A DNA stretch of 64,000 nucleotides from Eledone cirrhosa (GCA_964016885.1 OZ024740.1:352222001-352286000); one strand, 5' to 3'. Numbered from the stretch's first letter, positions 13,804-27,750 are shown. The notes: a model not told the origin generated them from the letters alone. A program made the numbers and translations.

Positions 13804-14075
13804 GGCTTGGTGGTTATGGTGTTCAGTTCGTGATTTTAAGGTCATGAGTTCGATTCCAAGTGGCATGTTATGTCCTTGAGCAAGACAGTTTCGTTTTGTT
13901 CTTCTCTACTCAGCAGGCAAAAATGAGTTGTATGTGTAATTCACAGGGCCAGTCTTGTCATATGTTGTGTCACGCTGAATTTCCCTTCAGAACTACGTTA
14001 AAGGTATACGTGACTGTGAAATGCTCAGCTACTTTCACATTAATTTTACGAGTATATTGTTCCGTTGACTAAACA
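13804..14075 (+). mobile_element. tRNA-derived SINE family 2 (CORE-like), degenerate
   Basis: B box GAGTTCGATTCC followed by TGTCCTTGAGCAAGACA; similar to 49659-49935. Confidence 0.6.
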
Positions 14076-15020
14076 GAAACTGACAGCAGTCGAACACACA
14101 CACGCGCGCGCGCGCATAGAAATGTAAGGTTAGCCGTATTTAGTCCAGGTGACGATATAAAAAGGGTAAATTAGGGTGAAATAAGATGCTGAATCCAAGT
14201 GATGGTTATCTGTATTAGGCATGATCAGTGGAGTGAAAAGCTATAATTCAGTTGAATGTTGTGCATAAAATGTAAAGTGCAGTTATTAATGTGGGTGTGT
14301 GCATATATGCACATCCTCAACTTAGTGCACCTACACGCCACCACATTTGTATGCACATTTTATTTAAACATGTTAGAAGATGGAACCTGCAACGGTATTA
14401 TATGTGAACATGTATGCAAGTTCTGATATTGTTCTTATGTGAAGTGTAAAAAAATGCATGTCTAAAATCGCTGGGGTTTTTAAGGCGCCCTTCGGTCATG
14501 AGCAACTATGGGTTTGTACTTAGAAAGTTCCTTTTAAGGTGCAAGCTTGGACAAGGTGTTTTCTGGAAGTCCAGCTACCGATGTTGTCCAAGGGAAAAGT
14601 AAAGCCGAACAACTTGACACAATTGTCGTCATAACTCATTTTTGTGCAGCTTGGCGGACTTGAGCAACTTGAAATAGAGTGTCTTACTCAAGGACACAAC
14701 ACACTGTCTGGTCTGGGAGCTAAACTCACAACTTTACTCTCGTGAGCCCAATACCCTAACTCCTAATCCACATGCCTTCACAATCGGCAGAGAAAACATT
14801 TGTAGAATATACTTTTGATGAGTGTAAGAAGATACTCATTCCATCTGAGAGTTTAACTAATTAAGCGGTTGCACCAGTATATTGTAGTTTTCATTTAAAC
14901 AGAGAATGTATTTGCCGACTGACAAAGCTTACAACACATGGAAACTGGGTAGCAGTGTAGATGGCACCAGCCGAAGACACACAAAATTGGATTAGATATT
15001 TTTTTCTCTCGTTTGTTTGA

Positions 15021-15056
<36 letters not shown>

Positions 15057-16967
15057 ATAAAGAATTCATATCTAGTAACATATATATACATACAGATGCA
15101 TATCAATGCTAGCAAATATATAGGTTTTGTCTTAATAACAGTGTGGTTCAATGCATGGGGTTGCAGAACAATAATATAAGAGACGTAAAATAAGAAAATT
15201 ATAAAATTAACTTACTTACTAAAATATCACTTCCAACTAATTAGTTTCTGGAATAGAGTAAATATATTTTCCGAAGAATAATATAGAGAAGCATTCCGTC
15301 GTCAGGAAAGTCTATTCTCATGTAAGTTTCCAGGCAAAGCGAGGACACTTATTTTACGTCTCTTATATATATATACATACATATATACGCGTTTAGATTT
15401 ACCAATGAGAGGAAAAGTACTCAATACGTGTATGGGTGTGTACTTGCTTTATGTATACATAGACACAAATATATATGAATCCACAGAATCAGAACAGATA
15501 TTTCAATTCAACCTGTCAGATATTTTGACAATTCCGTCAATCCACCGTCAATATATTGATAATTTACTGATCGATGCCGAAAGTGTGATAGGCAAAATTG
15601 ACTTCGACAAGATTTGAACTCAGAGCGCAATGAGTCAAAACAAATACTGAAACATTTAATCCGACACTCTCACGATACTGCCAATTTTCTGCCTTTTGAA
15701 CGCAATCAAAATTCGCAGGAAGAAAAGTGAAAATGGCTCTGCTGGGAATCGAATGTGTGTTTCAGATTCAACCCTTCCGCACTTATGCATAAGGGACTGT
15801 ATGCATGCTTGAAGTTAGCAATCAAGTTGAATAGGAAATCGCTACATCATTGTAAATTGAGCATTTGTAAAATACACAAGGGATTAATACACAGGAGGTG
15901 TTGAACTGAACCTACAATCTAACGAAACCAATGTCGGTTATATAATACTCCCATTCCGCTCTGAAGTGAACCGTGACTGTCATGCTTCCCGTTTATAGGT
16001 TGCTGATCTCAGTCAACGAAAATTATATGTCTTGGCAATGAGCTTAAATTAATGCTGCTAAACAAAACAAAGATATTGGCTTCTAGATTTATGACACGAG
16101 GACGAAATTACAAGGTTGAAAAAGAGATTGTGTGATACCCATGTCATTCATTGTTATATAAGGAGCACACGCAAAATGAATTTGTTCCAAACAAGAATTG
16201 AAACCTGTTCCCAGTCGGCTCGCTGGAAACTAACCTTCGGTTCTCTGAGTCCAAATCTGGTAATCTGCAATGTAGAAGTTGCTGGTGTTGTTTAGCCCCA
16301 GGTCAGCTCTGATGAAGAAGACCTATTATCGAAGAGTTCCGTCCCAACATATTTTCAGACGATGTATCTTGGATTACAATGGAGATGTGTGATATGAAAG
16401 AAATTCGACTACTGTTTCTAGCAGGTCGAATGACCACATATAAACACTCCCTCGTTGACCTCTAAGTTGTTTTTATTTTGAGGGGGTTGGGGTTGAGTAT
16501 GTGTTGGTATCTTCCGAACTCACAGTTGCTTAATTTAGCATCGCCATGAACGTCATCGACGTCTGAGATAAAACTAAGATAGTATTCTCTGACATTGTGT
16601 ATACGTATATATATATATTGTGTGTAGAGGTGGTTATATATTATCTCCAGATGTACACGCGTACACGTAAGTGCGTTCATTTCAACATGAAAAACCCCGT
16701 TTGCTCTGGCATCAGACTATTTGCAGTAAACTTCTCTGATAAGTAATTAATCAGACCCTTAGCATTGAATTTGTCTGTATATTTTACCATTACCGCCATC
16801 ACTGTTTGTACACACACACACGTACGTAAATACACAAACGTTCATGAATGAGACAGAAGTATGTTATTTAGGGTGCAGACTTCTTTCAAGTTGTGGGTAT
16901 GTGCATTTATGTGTGTTAGAGATGGAGCGGAGGAGAGATGAAGTGTAAGAGAGAAAGTATATGTGTG

Positions 16968-17183
<216 letters not shown>

Positions 17184-17421
17184 AGATATCAAATTTGTTG
17201 GTAATTCAACAAATATAAATGTTTATAACCCGACAGGTTTTCTGGAGTATAATATCCAAGGAAAATTTCAACCGTTAGGTATGTTCCTTGGCTATGTCAA
17301 AATTTATAAAACACACTTTGTATTTTATCTGATGAAAGCGTACCAAAGTTTTTGGTACCCTTGAAATATATATAATAGAATTAATATGGTTTTATAAATA
17401 TAGTTTCCATTTATTTAATAT

Positions 17422-17478
<57 letters not shown>

Positions 17479-17919
17479 CCCTAACCAACCTCCTCAAAAA
17501 CTCATTATGGTTATCCACAAAAGAACTATAATATATATATATACATATACAAATATACACATACATACATATATATAGATATAGATATATATATATACAT
17601 ATATATACATATATACATATACATATACATATATACATATACATACATATGTGTGTGTGCGTGTGTGTACACAGCGTGTCATGAAAAAAATGCTAGAGTA
17701 AGTAAATGGAGCATTAAGTTTTGAGGGACAGTAGCGTCACACAGTGATACCATCTCACTAAAAAGAAAATCAGATTAGAAAAATGTTTATACCATCATTA
17801 ATTCATTAAAGTATTTCAAGATGTTTATGTCATTATGTCATTATTCAAGTAACATGGTAATGAATCCAGTTGTCCACGGAATTGTGAAATTAAAAAAAAA
17901 TGGTTAGATAATTAAATAT

Positions 17920-18108
17920 ATAATTGTTTCTACTTTTGGCACAAGGCCAGCAATTACTCAGTGCATTACTGGTACTTTATTTTATCGACCCCGTAAGGAT
18001 GAAAGGCAAAGTGAACCTCGGCGGGATTTGAACACAGACCGTAGAGGGACGTAACTATACTGGAAAGCATGGCGTCCAACTCTCTACCGATACTGCCAAT
18101 CCACCGCT
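17920..18108 (-). mobile_element. tRNA-derived SINE family 1, full length
   Basis: Reverse complement of the 26911-27095 type copy. Confidence 0.85.
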
Positions 18109-18174
18109 TGGATAATGATTTTTATATGGTAAGAAATGATTACTTTGCTTCTTAACGCACCATCGATGATATAT

Positions 18175-21100
18175 ATATCTATCTAGGGCGGGTAAATTTC
18201 CCGAGATCCATGGACGAGTTCTCTCCAGCGGGCTCTGTCCCTCATTATCTCTGCCATGTCCTGCGTCTCCAACAGACCAGTGTCTGTCCTTAGGGCATCA
18301 ACATACGTTAACCTTGCTCTTCCTCTTCCAGTGTGCCCATGTAGGGGCTCCCACAGGAGCACTGACTGCAATGTCAACTCTGGATGTCGGTGAGCATGTC
18401 CAGCTAACCTCAGTCTCCTGTGTCACTTTTGAGCTGACTTTTGGGAGGCTCCCATACAGCTCTGAGTTTTTCATCCTCAGTGTATACTGATTAATGTTCA
18501 GAGCCATCCTCAGCATTCTCGTGTAGCACCCATCCACCATCTGAGTGAGTTTCTTGGTCAGTGTCCAAGTCTCAGACCCGTACAGCAGCACAGACTCCAC
18601 TACAGCAATGAAGAGGCGGATTTTCAGGTCTTTACGAAGGTCCGACTTCCACACCGATCTCAAGCTGTGGCACGCCGCCCAAGCTTTGCTCTTCCTCTCA
18701 ACCACATCATCTTCCGTATTCCCAATCTTTGCTCCCAAATACAGAAAGTCCTCAACCAATTCTATCGGCTTCCCGCCTACATTAGTGATCCCCTCTGGCT
18801 TCTCAACATTCTCTACCAGATGTTTTGTTTTAGTCTCATTCATTCTCAGCCCCACACTCATCGACACAGTCTCAACCTCCTGCATCAAATCCTCTGCCTC
18901 CTTCACTGTATTTGTCACCAAAACTATGTCGTCGGCAAATTCAGCATCTGATACCTTTTTCGCCTTAACTCTCCTGCTCTGAGCCGGTGCTACAGTAAAG
19001 CTAGAGTCCTGGTGTTTCTCCAGTGCAAGGCGCATACAATAGTCCACTACGATGATAAAAAGGTAGGGAGCCAATGTATCTCCCTGGAGCACTCCAGCCA
19101 GTATCTCAAAGAACTCTGTCATCCCATTAGGTGTAATGACATGGGCTTTCGTGTTGGTGTAGAGCAGTGATATCAGGTACACTATCTTCTTGGGGATTCC
19201 ATAAGCCTGTAAGATCTTCATCAGGCAGTGACGGTCGACAGAATCAAAGGCCTTCCTAAAGTCAATGAAAACCATGACAGCAGGAAGGCACTTTGCTCTA
19301 GCTCCCTCTAATATCCTCCTGTTGGGGGTATTTGCCACAAGTGACGTCAGTGAGATCCCCCTGTAGTTGTTGGTGTTAGAGAGATCTCCCTTCTTTGGCA
19401 CTGGGACGATGTTACTGATCCTCCACTGATTCGGGGCAACTCCTTTCTCCAGTGCCTGGTTACAGAACCCCAGGATGATATAATCAAAATCACACCTCTT
19501 CATCACCTCTGATGCCACTTCATCTTCTCCATGATCCTTGCCCTCCTTGATCTTCTTCTTGGCTCTCTGAAGCTGCTCTCTGGTGAAGGGCTCTGTCTAA
19601 ATATCCAGTTCCTCAAACAGCCGCCTGATCTCCCCAGTGCTCTGGGTTGTGGAGGGTGGCTCTCCTAGTAGGGTCCTAAAATGGTCGAGCCATTTCCTCT
19701 TCCTATCCTCGGGCTCCATTCCCTGGATCTGACTCGAACACCTTCTCTTCCTCCCTGTGATCTCGTTGATGATCATCCAGCTCTCCTTACATCCAGATCT
19801 GTCAACCGCTCTCTCCACACTTCTGATCTTCTCTATCAGTGCCTCCTCTCTGGCCTCAGTGTAAGCGGTACAGAGTTCTTCGCTCATCACCTCCACAGTC
19901 TCCATCCTCTCCTCCGTAGGATCAGCATAGAATTGGTCCTTGGCAGCTTTCAGGTGTGACTGCACACACTTTTGGGTTTGCAGAGCTGACGTGCTTCCTT
20001 TTGTTCTTTTTCCTCTGCACCAGGGTTTCACTTGCTTCCGTCACTGCATTGATGAAGTGCCCGTACCTCCTCGTCACACTCTCCTCAGTCCATCCAATCT
20101 CTCCACACAGAGCACTAAACCTGTTCCGTACTTCCACTGTGAACCTCTCCTGTAGCTTATCATCTTCTTTGAAAGCTCCCCTGTCATAGATTGCTCTCCG
20201 GGGCTGAGCCTTGCTCTTTCTTAAGCTCACGCGGACCTCACTCATAACAAGCCGGTGGTCACTACCCAGTGTACTAAAATAGTTGTATGGTTCTGTGTTC
20301 AGAACACTATTCCGCCACTTTTTCCTCACCAGAATGAAATCAATCTGGGATTTGGACAGGTGCATATCTGAAATGTAGGCCCACATCTTCCCCGGATTCT
20401 TCCTAAACCTTAGGTTGGTCGCTATCAAGTTCGCCTCCAGCAGGGTGTCTCTAAGTAGTCTTCCATTTCGGTTGGTGTTGTTATGGAAGTACCAGCAAGG
20501 ATCTTCACTGCCCTCCTTACTCAGATGTGCATTGAAGTCCCCCAAAACAAGCAGGATGTTGTGTGCTTGAGTGGTGTTGACAGCTCTACACACCTCCTCA
20601 TGGAACTCTTCCGCACTCACATCACTGTCTCCCTCGGTTGGACTATAGGCTGAGATGACTGTCAGTCTTGGGTTTCCATTGAAGGTCACCCTCAACACTC
20701 GCGGGGAGACAGGCATTATTTCCCTCACCAATAAACTGGTTTTTGTGCTGAAAACAAAACCCACTCCTCCCACTGCAGCATTGGTCATGTTCTTCACTGC
20801 CGATGTAGTGATGAGCTGGCTCCTCTTCCCGATCATCACACTCCTCACGGGATCATCGTGTAGGATCCTGTATCCTTGGATCGCAAGTATCTGTATACCA
20901 CTCTCCTCGAACAGATGTCCCAACTCCTCCCTCTTCTCTAGCGTCCGAATAGTCCTCACATTCTAAATGTCCATTTTGATGGCTCTTCTGCAGGACAAAA
21001 CTGCATTCTTTATATTTGTCACAGAGACAGCTGATCCATCATCCACTGGCCCTCTCTGTGGCTCTAAGCCAGCAGAGTCATAACGACCAGACTGCTCCTT

Positions 21101-21370
21101 GACAGTGTAATTAGGGGCTCTAACCCTAGTGCTGTTAGATCGACTCTCCATATTTCTTTTCAATGGCTAACAATACTTTACCGGCGCCACTCGAATAAGG
21201 TAGTTATTTAATCCATAAATGGAGCCCTAACAGGTACTACTACTTCGGGCCAGAGCAGACCTGGGAGTTATGACAACTAAGGGGTAACTCCACATTTCCC
21301 ACAGATCCTGAACTCCCGAACTGGACCCTTGCCACTGGATGTAGTTTAATGTCATACCCAGGACACCCTC
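18175..21370 (-). mobile_element. Near-full-length RTE-clade LINE (APE endonuclease + RT), inactivated by frameshifts, stops and an internal RT deletion
   Basis: APE motifs in 19922-20959 (GVGF, SAYSPT, LGDFNA, QIDFIL, SDH). RT in 18298-19518 ([38 protein letters not shown]); the segment between ISLTS and RRILEG is shortened. (TAGA)n tail at 18175-18185. 5' UTR-like region to ~21370. Confidence 0.92.
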
Positions 21371-21392
21371 AACACACATATATATATATGTA

Positions 21393-21449
<57 letters not shown>

Positions 21450-21572
21450 TATTATAAGTTGAGCCAACTTATACAGCTTCATATGCCAATGAGATTAATC
21501 ACCTCATTTACACAGACGAGAAAACTGTATATACTCGCCTGATTTCAAAGGCCAGCAGTTGCAAGAGCGGGA

Positions 21573-21623
21573 GGGATCGTCCTGATGAGGACCAGTTCAG
21601 TTCGAAATGCATCAACGATTCCC
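21573..21623 (+). ncRNA. Minimal type I hammerhead ribozyme within a ~350-bp solo element (21447-21800)
   Basis: GGGATCGTC-CTGATGA-GGAC(CAGTTCA)GTTC-GAAA-TGCA-TC-AACGATTCCC: intact core, 4-bp stem II, palindromic stem III, AUC cleavage triplet. The first pair of stem I is a C-A mismatch. Confidence 0.75.
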
Positions 21624-21816
21624 CCCCCCCCCCTCTTGCTTCTGCTGGATATCGCCAGGCGGCGATAGCTGCCGGTGTTTTTGTATAGCTGCAGCTTTTT
21701 AAATGTTTATTTATAAACATTCCGTATTTCTTTAGAAATACGAAATTCCAACACATATCTGATACAGCTATGCTCGAAGCTAAATTCTAATTCTATTATA
21801 CATATATATGTATATA

Positions 21817-22003
21817 TAATTGTTTCTACGTTTTAGCACAAGGCCAGTAATTACCCAGTACATTACTGGTACTTTATTTTATCGACCCCGTAAGGATGAA
21901 AGGCAAAGTTAACCTCGGCGGGATTTGAACTCAGAATGGCAAGGGCCGTAACTCTATACGTCAAAGCATGGCGTCCGACCCTCTACCGATACTGCCAATC
22001 CAC
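21817..22003 (-). mobile_element. tRNA-derived SINE family 1
   Basis: Full-length match to the family core and head. Confidence 0.85.
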
Positions 22004-22004
22004 A

Positions 22005-22257
22005 ATGTGTTTTTATCATAGCAAGAAATTGTTCTTCTCATTCCACATAACAACGTAATTATCCTCGTTTTTTTCCGCCCATTGCCAGGGAACATCTTTC
22101 TTCGGTTGTAACGTTTTTCGAAATATTTACTTCTGCGTCCACAGATTGATTTTTTTTCAATTTCAGAAGATCCCGTTAAGGGTGAAAGTATCGATTCTTT
22201 GCTTAAACTTTAATCTGATCTTATAATAAATATTTTCTCTACGGGTTTATTTATATA

Positions 22258-22311
<54 letters not shown>

Positions 22312-22350
22312 CATTATCGAACCCTCTTCGCATTTTAGTCTTCACATTTA

Positions 22351-22399
<49 letters not shown>

Positions 22400-23157
22400 T
22401 AACAGATTAAAGTTTAAGCAAAGAATCGCTGCTTTCACCCTTAACGGGATCTTCTGAAACTAACAAAGTCAATCTGTGAACGCAGAAGTGAATATTTCAA
22501 AAAAACGTTGCAACCGGAGGAAGACAAGAAGACGATACTTTGGTTCGTGGAAACGTTCCCTGGCAAAGAACGGGAAAAAACAAATATAATACGTCATTAT
22601 TTGGAGCGGTGAATAAAATAAAGTACCAGCAATGCACTGGGTAATTGCTGGCCTTGTGCCTAAAGTAGAAACAATTATTTGGAGCGGTGAAAAACAATTA
22701 CACGCAAAGACAAAACCACGTTTATGGTATAAAAGAAGTCGTAGACTAATATTCTATTAGGTGGTTCATAGAGACGTTCTCTGGCAATGAACGGAAAAAA
22801 CGAAGATAATACGTCATATGTGGAGCGGGGAGAACAATTGCACGCAAAGACAAAACCACGTAAATGGTATAACTGAAGTCGTAGACTAAAATTCTAACTA
22901 GGAAACCGAATGATTCTCGACTTCAGAGTTAAGAATAAAGTAAATAAATTACAGAGGTAATTGAAATTAAATAAATACATACACGCATCCATATACGTAC
23001 ATACACAAGCATACGCGAAAACACTCGCCATAGGTATACAAATACACGCACGTACACAAAAAAACAAACCCCGCACGCACATACAGAACTCACGCAACGC
23101 CTGTACCCGCACGCATACCAATGTATACACCAAATACACATAAAAATATATATAAAA

Positions 23158-23198
<41 letters not shown>

Positions 23199-23765
23199 CG
23201 TGTATACATATAATTAAATAAACGTATATAAATAAATAAAAAACAAGCGCACACACATACCTACATATAAATACACATATGTTCGGAGACGTACGTCAAC
23301 CAAAACACGTGGAACAATTCTTTCGCGGTGATTGATTGGTTCAACGGCATATGCAACAAGGAACATTGCCGTTTTATCCAATTCGACATCAATAATTACT
23401 ACTCCTCCATCACTTTACCACTTCTCCTTAGAGCTATCAATTTCGCTAAAACACTCACAGTGGTTAAGGATTTCGAACGTTTTTTTTTAAATATTCACTT
23501 CTGCGTTCACAGATTGACTTTGTTAGTTTCATAACAACGTAATTATCATCTTTCTTCGGTTGTAACGTTTTTCGAAATATTTACTTCTGCGTTCACAGAT
23601 TGATTTTTTTCAATTTCAGAAGATCCCGTTAAGAGTGAAAGCAGCGATTCTTTGCTTAAACTTTAATCTGTTATTTTAATAAATATTTGCTCTACGGTTC
23701 TTATATATTTGATATATATTTATCCTTATCGAGCCCTCTTTGGATTTTAGTCTTCAAATGTTATT
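22005..23765. mobile_element. Cluster of direct and inverted copies of a PLE-associated repeat plus a PLE RT fragment (23290-23470)
   Basis: The block ..CAGAAGATCCCGTTAAGGGTGAAAGCAGCGATTCTTTGC.. occurs at ~22165 (+), ~22420-22460 (-), ~23618 (+) and ~28860-28895 (-). ORF 23328 (WFNGICNKEHCRFIQFDINNYYSSI..LLRAINFA) resembles PLE RT motif A. Confidence 0.65.
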
Positions 23766-24416
23766 ATTATTACTCTATATATATATATATATAATAAATG
23801 TGAAGATAGAAGATTTGCTTCGAAGTCGCTAGACGTATCTGAGGAACTTGCGAATCCTCCAGAGTCAGGTTCGATCCACAAATAGATCGTACCTCGAGCT
23901 GTTCACCGGAGAAACAATTGTAATACGTTAATAAATTGTTTCGATGCACCACTGATTCTTCGTTTTCTATAATATTATAATCTGTTATTTTAATAAATAT
24001 ATATATATATATATATTAGAAAGTGAGGTTTTTTTTACAAAATGAAAAATAACCGAGGTGTCCTACACGAGTGAAAGTATAAAGAAAAAAAGATGAAATC
24101 GAAAATGCAACTGGAGTCTTATTTTTAAAAAAATATATATATTTATTTTGTTCCTTTACCGGTTTCGCAGTTCTTCTGCTTTTCAAAAGTAGAGTTGAGA
24201 TGGATGGGGTGGTTTTCCTCACACACATATATATATATATATATAACTTTAACTTTAATTATATCTCATAAAATAATACAACTGGCTTTTCCACATTATA
24301 CATATTGTTAGCACCCCAAACACTTAAATTGGGTTTATATTTTAATATAACCTAATGTTTGTTGAGTAAGATGGTTACCAGTCAGAGTTTAGCTTTAAAC
24401 TATCTCTGTTATTGTA

Positions 24417-24477
<61 letters not shown>

Positions 24478-24481
<4 letters not shown>

Positions 24482-25043
24482 CATAATAAACAACACAATA
24501 TAATCTTTTCATTACCAACATTTTCAAGAAATTGGATGATTCTTGCAAGGAACATCCAGTTCATTCGTCAGACAAAATAATTATCTTCATATTAATTAAG
24601 TGTAATTCGAAGGGGGCCATATTTTTAACTCTTAGTGGGTATTTGCATGACTTAATGTTAAAGTAATCCGTTGAATGTGTACTGAATTGTCCGTCAAATA
24701 TCATAGCTCCCCATCTCATTCTTTGTCTCATTCTTTGTATAACTTTTTCAACTTTGTCATTTAACATTTTGGTGTAAGATGCATTAGAAGGTGTCAGAAT
24801 GTTTTTAATAGAGTAATCCATTTCGTATATATCCATATATTATTTTGGTTAATTTCCTTATAACCGTAGAGTGCTCAACTTATCGGGACAATTATTTTAT
24901 CTGGCGGATGAACTGGATGTTCCTTTCAAGAATCATCTAGTTTCTTGAAACCTTCGGAAATGAAATAATTATATTGTGTTATTTATTATGTAGTTAAATA
25001 GCTCTGTACTATACATTGAGCACTCTTCTACGGAAATTCTTAA

Positions 25044-25045
<2 letters not shown>
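24478..25045 (-). mobile_element. PLE fragment: ORF N-terminus (24561-24836) between inverted terminal-repeat pieces
   Basis: YSIKNILTPS..YTKMLNDKVEKVIQRMR..W..F..KSCKYP..PFE resembles the conserved N-terminus of GIY-YIG PLE ORFs. 24478-24582 is an imperfect inverted copy of ~24890-24995. Confidence 0.7.
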
Positions 25046-25079
<34 letters not shown>

Positions 25080-25123
25080 TGCCGGGCTAAGCTGGTAGCA
25101 ATAGTAGGAATTGCTGCTGACAA

Positions 25124-25297
<174 letters not shown>

Positions 25298-25720
25298 ATG
25301 TATCTTATGAATTATCGAAGCGCATGATAGATTTGAAATTTGAAATGTGGTAATCCCAAAATAACTGTAACAAGTTGATTACTATAAAAAATAAGTCAGA
25401 AAGTCGGGTAAAATACCCTTAGTGGCGGGAAAAAGTAGCAACAACCAGAAAATGTCTTTGTAAGACAATTTCATTAGATTGGACATTGAGATTTCCATTT
25501 TTTCTCAGTATATTTGTCCGTCCTCGACCCTTCTGACTGCTGATCGCAGAAGGAATGTCTTTTTCATCACCTCATAAGAGTTATAGTCCTCGAAACGAAC
25601 GATCTATTACAAAATTCATAGAAAAACAGGCGGACGGACGAGAAGAAGGGTGAGAACAGGGAATATAATAGAATGTATGAGAATAGATGCAGTAGATTTA
25701 TCATTTGCTGATTACTAACC

Positions 25721-25916
25721 CAGACCTGTCAACTTTCCCCGTCCGGCGAGGAGATCTCCCACCCACTTTGGGGTGGGTGAGAGATGTCTTCTCTTGTGAA
25801 AATGGGTATAGCTTTCATTATGTAAAATCTCTCTATTTTGCCTCATTTGTCCCCGTTTTGGGGCACTTTTTTTTCATAGTACTCCCCGTTTCGTTTTTTA
25901 GAGGTTGGCAGGTCTG
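25721..25916. mobile_element. MITE family A, copy 2 (opposite orientation)
   Basis: CAGACCTGTCAAC...GTTGGCAGGTCTG. Confidence 0.8.
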
Positions 25917-26103
25917 CCAGTGATATCAGCTCAATATGGCTGCTATTACTGAACGGAAAATAATTTAATAACCTAAAATTGCAACAATAACAGCTTAGTG
26001 AATAAAAACATCACTACTTTTAGTTCGAATCTAGTGTGGAATCATCCAAATATACAAGACCTGATGACGGCTGGAAATCAAACTAATCGAAATGTAGTGT
26101 TGA

Positions 26104-26220
26104 TATAGTATAGTATAGTATAGTATAGTATAGTATAGTATAGTATAGTATAGTATAATATAGTATAGTATAGATAGTATAGTATGGTATAGTATGGTAT
26201 AGTATGGTATGGTAGGGTAT
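26104..26220. repeat. (TAGTA)n pentanucleotide repeat
   Basis: Directly visible. Confidence 0.95.
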
Positions 26221-26571
26221 GTATGTATGTTTCCGTAACTCCTAATGAAGTCGTAGGGGTACCGTATTGACATACGGCGTTTCTTTGACATTTTAAGCCT
26301 GGCGGAGCCCATCCCTCTCATTGTCTGAATACAGCAGATTTCTTCCAGAGAAAGATAGAAAGCGAGAGAGAGGAAATGAGAAAGAGATATAGAAGAAGAA
26401 TCAAGCCCAGTATTAGACTGGTAGTGTTTTTTATCGACCTCGAAAGGATGAAAGGCAAAGTTGACCTCGACGGGATTTGACCTCAGAGAACAGAGAGCCA
26501 GAACAAATACCATAAAACATTCCATCCGACGTTCTAATGACTGTACCAATTCGCCGCCTCGATATTATAAA

Positions 26572-26850
26572 TCTATATATATAAAACTGTTGTTGTCTGC
26601 GTGTGTGTCCTCATTTTTGCAAAGTCTATACAAATCCACATTTCTACTCCGATTGACTTCAAACTTGCATTCATATATTCCTTGCGGTCTAAAGATACTA
26701 ACTGCAGCTCTTATTTTTCAATTTTCTGTTGTTAAAGGGGTGTTAGGCGCCGGTTATCGATCTCCGTCGAGCCCTTATAATATCTGTCTGTATGTCTGGC
26801 TGTCTGCATAACGACATTCTGACGAACACGTCATTGCTGACGTATTATAT
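26572..26850 (+). mobile_element. Probable non-autonomous Helitron 5' portion
   Basis: A|TCTATATATATAAAA start and internal CCGATTGACTTCAAACTTG motif, typical of invertebrate non-autonomous Helitrons; right end unclear. Confidence 0.45.
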
Positions 26851-26910
26851 TCGCTACATTCACACACACACATATATATACTTATATATACATATATATA
26901 TATATATATA

Positions 26911-27094
26911 GGCGGTGGATTGGCGGTATCGGTGGAGCGTCAGACGCCATGCTTTCCAGCATAGTTACGTCCCTTTACGATCTGAGTTCAAATCCCGCCG
27001 AGGTTAACTTTGCCTTTCATCCTTACGGGGTCGATAAAATAAAGTACCAGTAATGCACTGGGTAATTGCTGGCCTTGTGCCTAAAGTAGAAACA

Positions 27095-27095
<1 letters not shown>
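26911..27095 (+). mobile_element. tRNA-derived SINE family 1, type copy
   Basis: A box TGGCGGTATCGG, B box GAGTTCAAATCCC, core GCCTTTCATCCTTACGGGGTCGATAAAATAAAGTACCAG, tail GGCCTTGTGCCTAAAGTAGAAACAA. Confidence 0.9.
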
Positions 27096-27147
<52 letters not shown>

Positions 27148-27153
<6 letters not shown>

Positions 27154-27560
27154 TGCCAACTCGTTTTCGAGTACAGCCACTACTTTATATCCATGTAGGA
27201 GAACCCCTTCCGATGCGCTGAACGAGTGTGACTTTTTAGTCCAGCCAGCGACTTGAAAACTCTGGTACAAACACTACACTTGTGACAATTATTGACACAC
27301 AGTGCTGGGCCCATGGTACCATGGGACGACAAGTGCAGAGAGATCTCCAGATATAAAGCAATGCCTGTGCCGTGAAGCTTTTATAGTGAGCAAAGGCACT
27401 GCACAAAGCCAGACCCACTCTCTTAACCAAGATGATATTTACCAAAAAGAAGAACAAGTCAACATCATTGGATACCATCAGGGTTGCAGGTGTTATATCA
27501 GAGTTTTCCTTCTCCTAGAATTCTGCCTTGACAAAGGCTAAGGGGTCATCTCTCCCGGTG
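27148..27560 (-). mobile_element. Short RTE-derived element with a terminal C2H2 finger remnant
   Basis: The minus strand encodes CSVCTRVFKSLAGLKSHTRSAH..* (27278-27180) next to the 3' end. The 5' part has CTAGGAGAAGGAAAACTCTGA, recalled as RTE 5'-UTR-like. Bounded by (TA)n. Confidence 0.55.
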
Positions 27561-27610
27561 TATATATATATATATATATGTATATGTGTATATATGTGTG
27601 TGTATATGTA

Positions 27611-27682
<72 letters not shown>

Positions 27683-27707
27683 TACATATACACACACATA
27701 TATACAC

Positions 27708-27750
<43 letters not shown>

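Noticed and set aside
26911-27010. tRNA genes at A/B-box motifs
   Set aside because: No cloverleaf, and always fused to the same SINE body.
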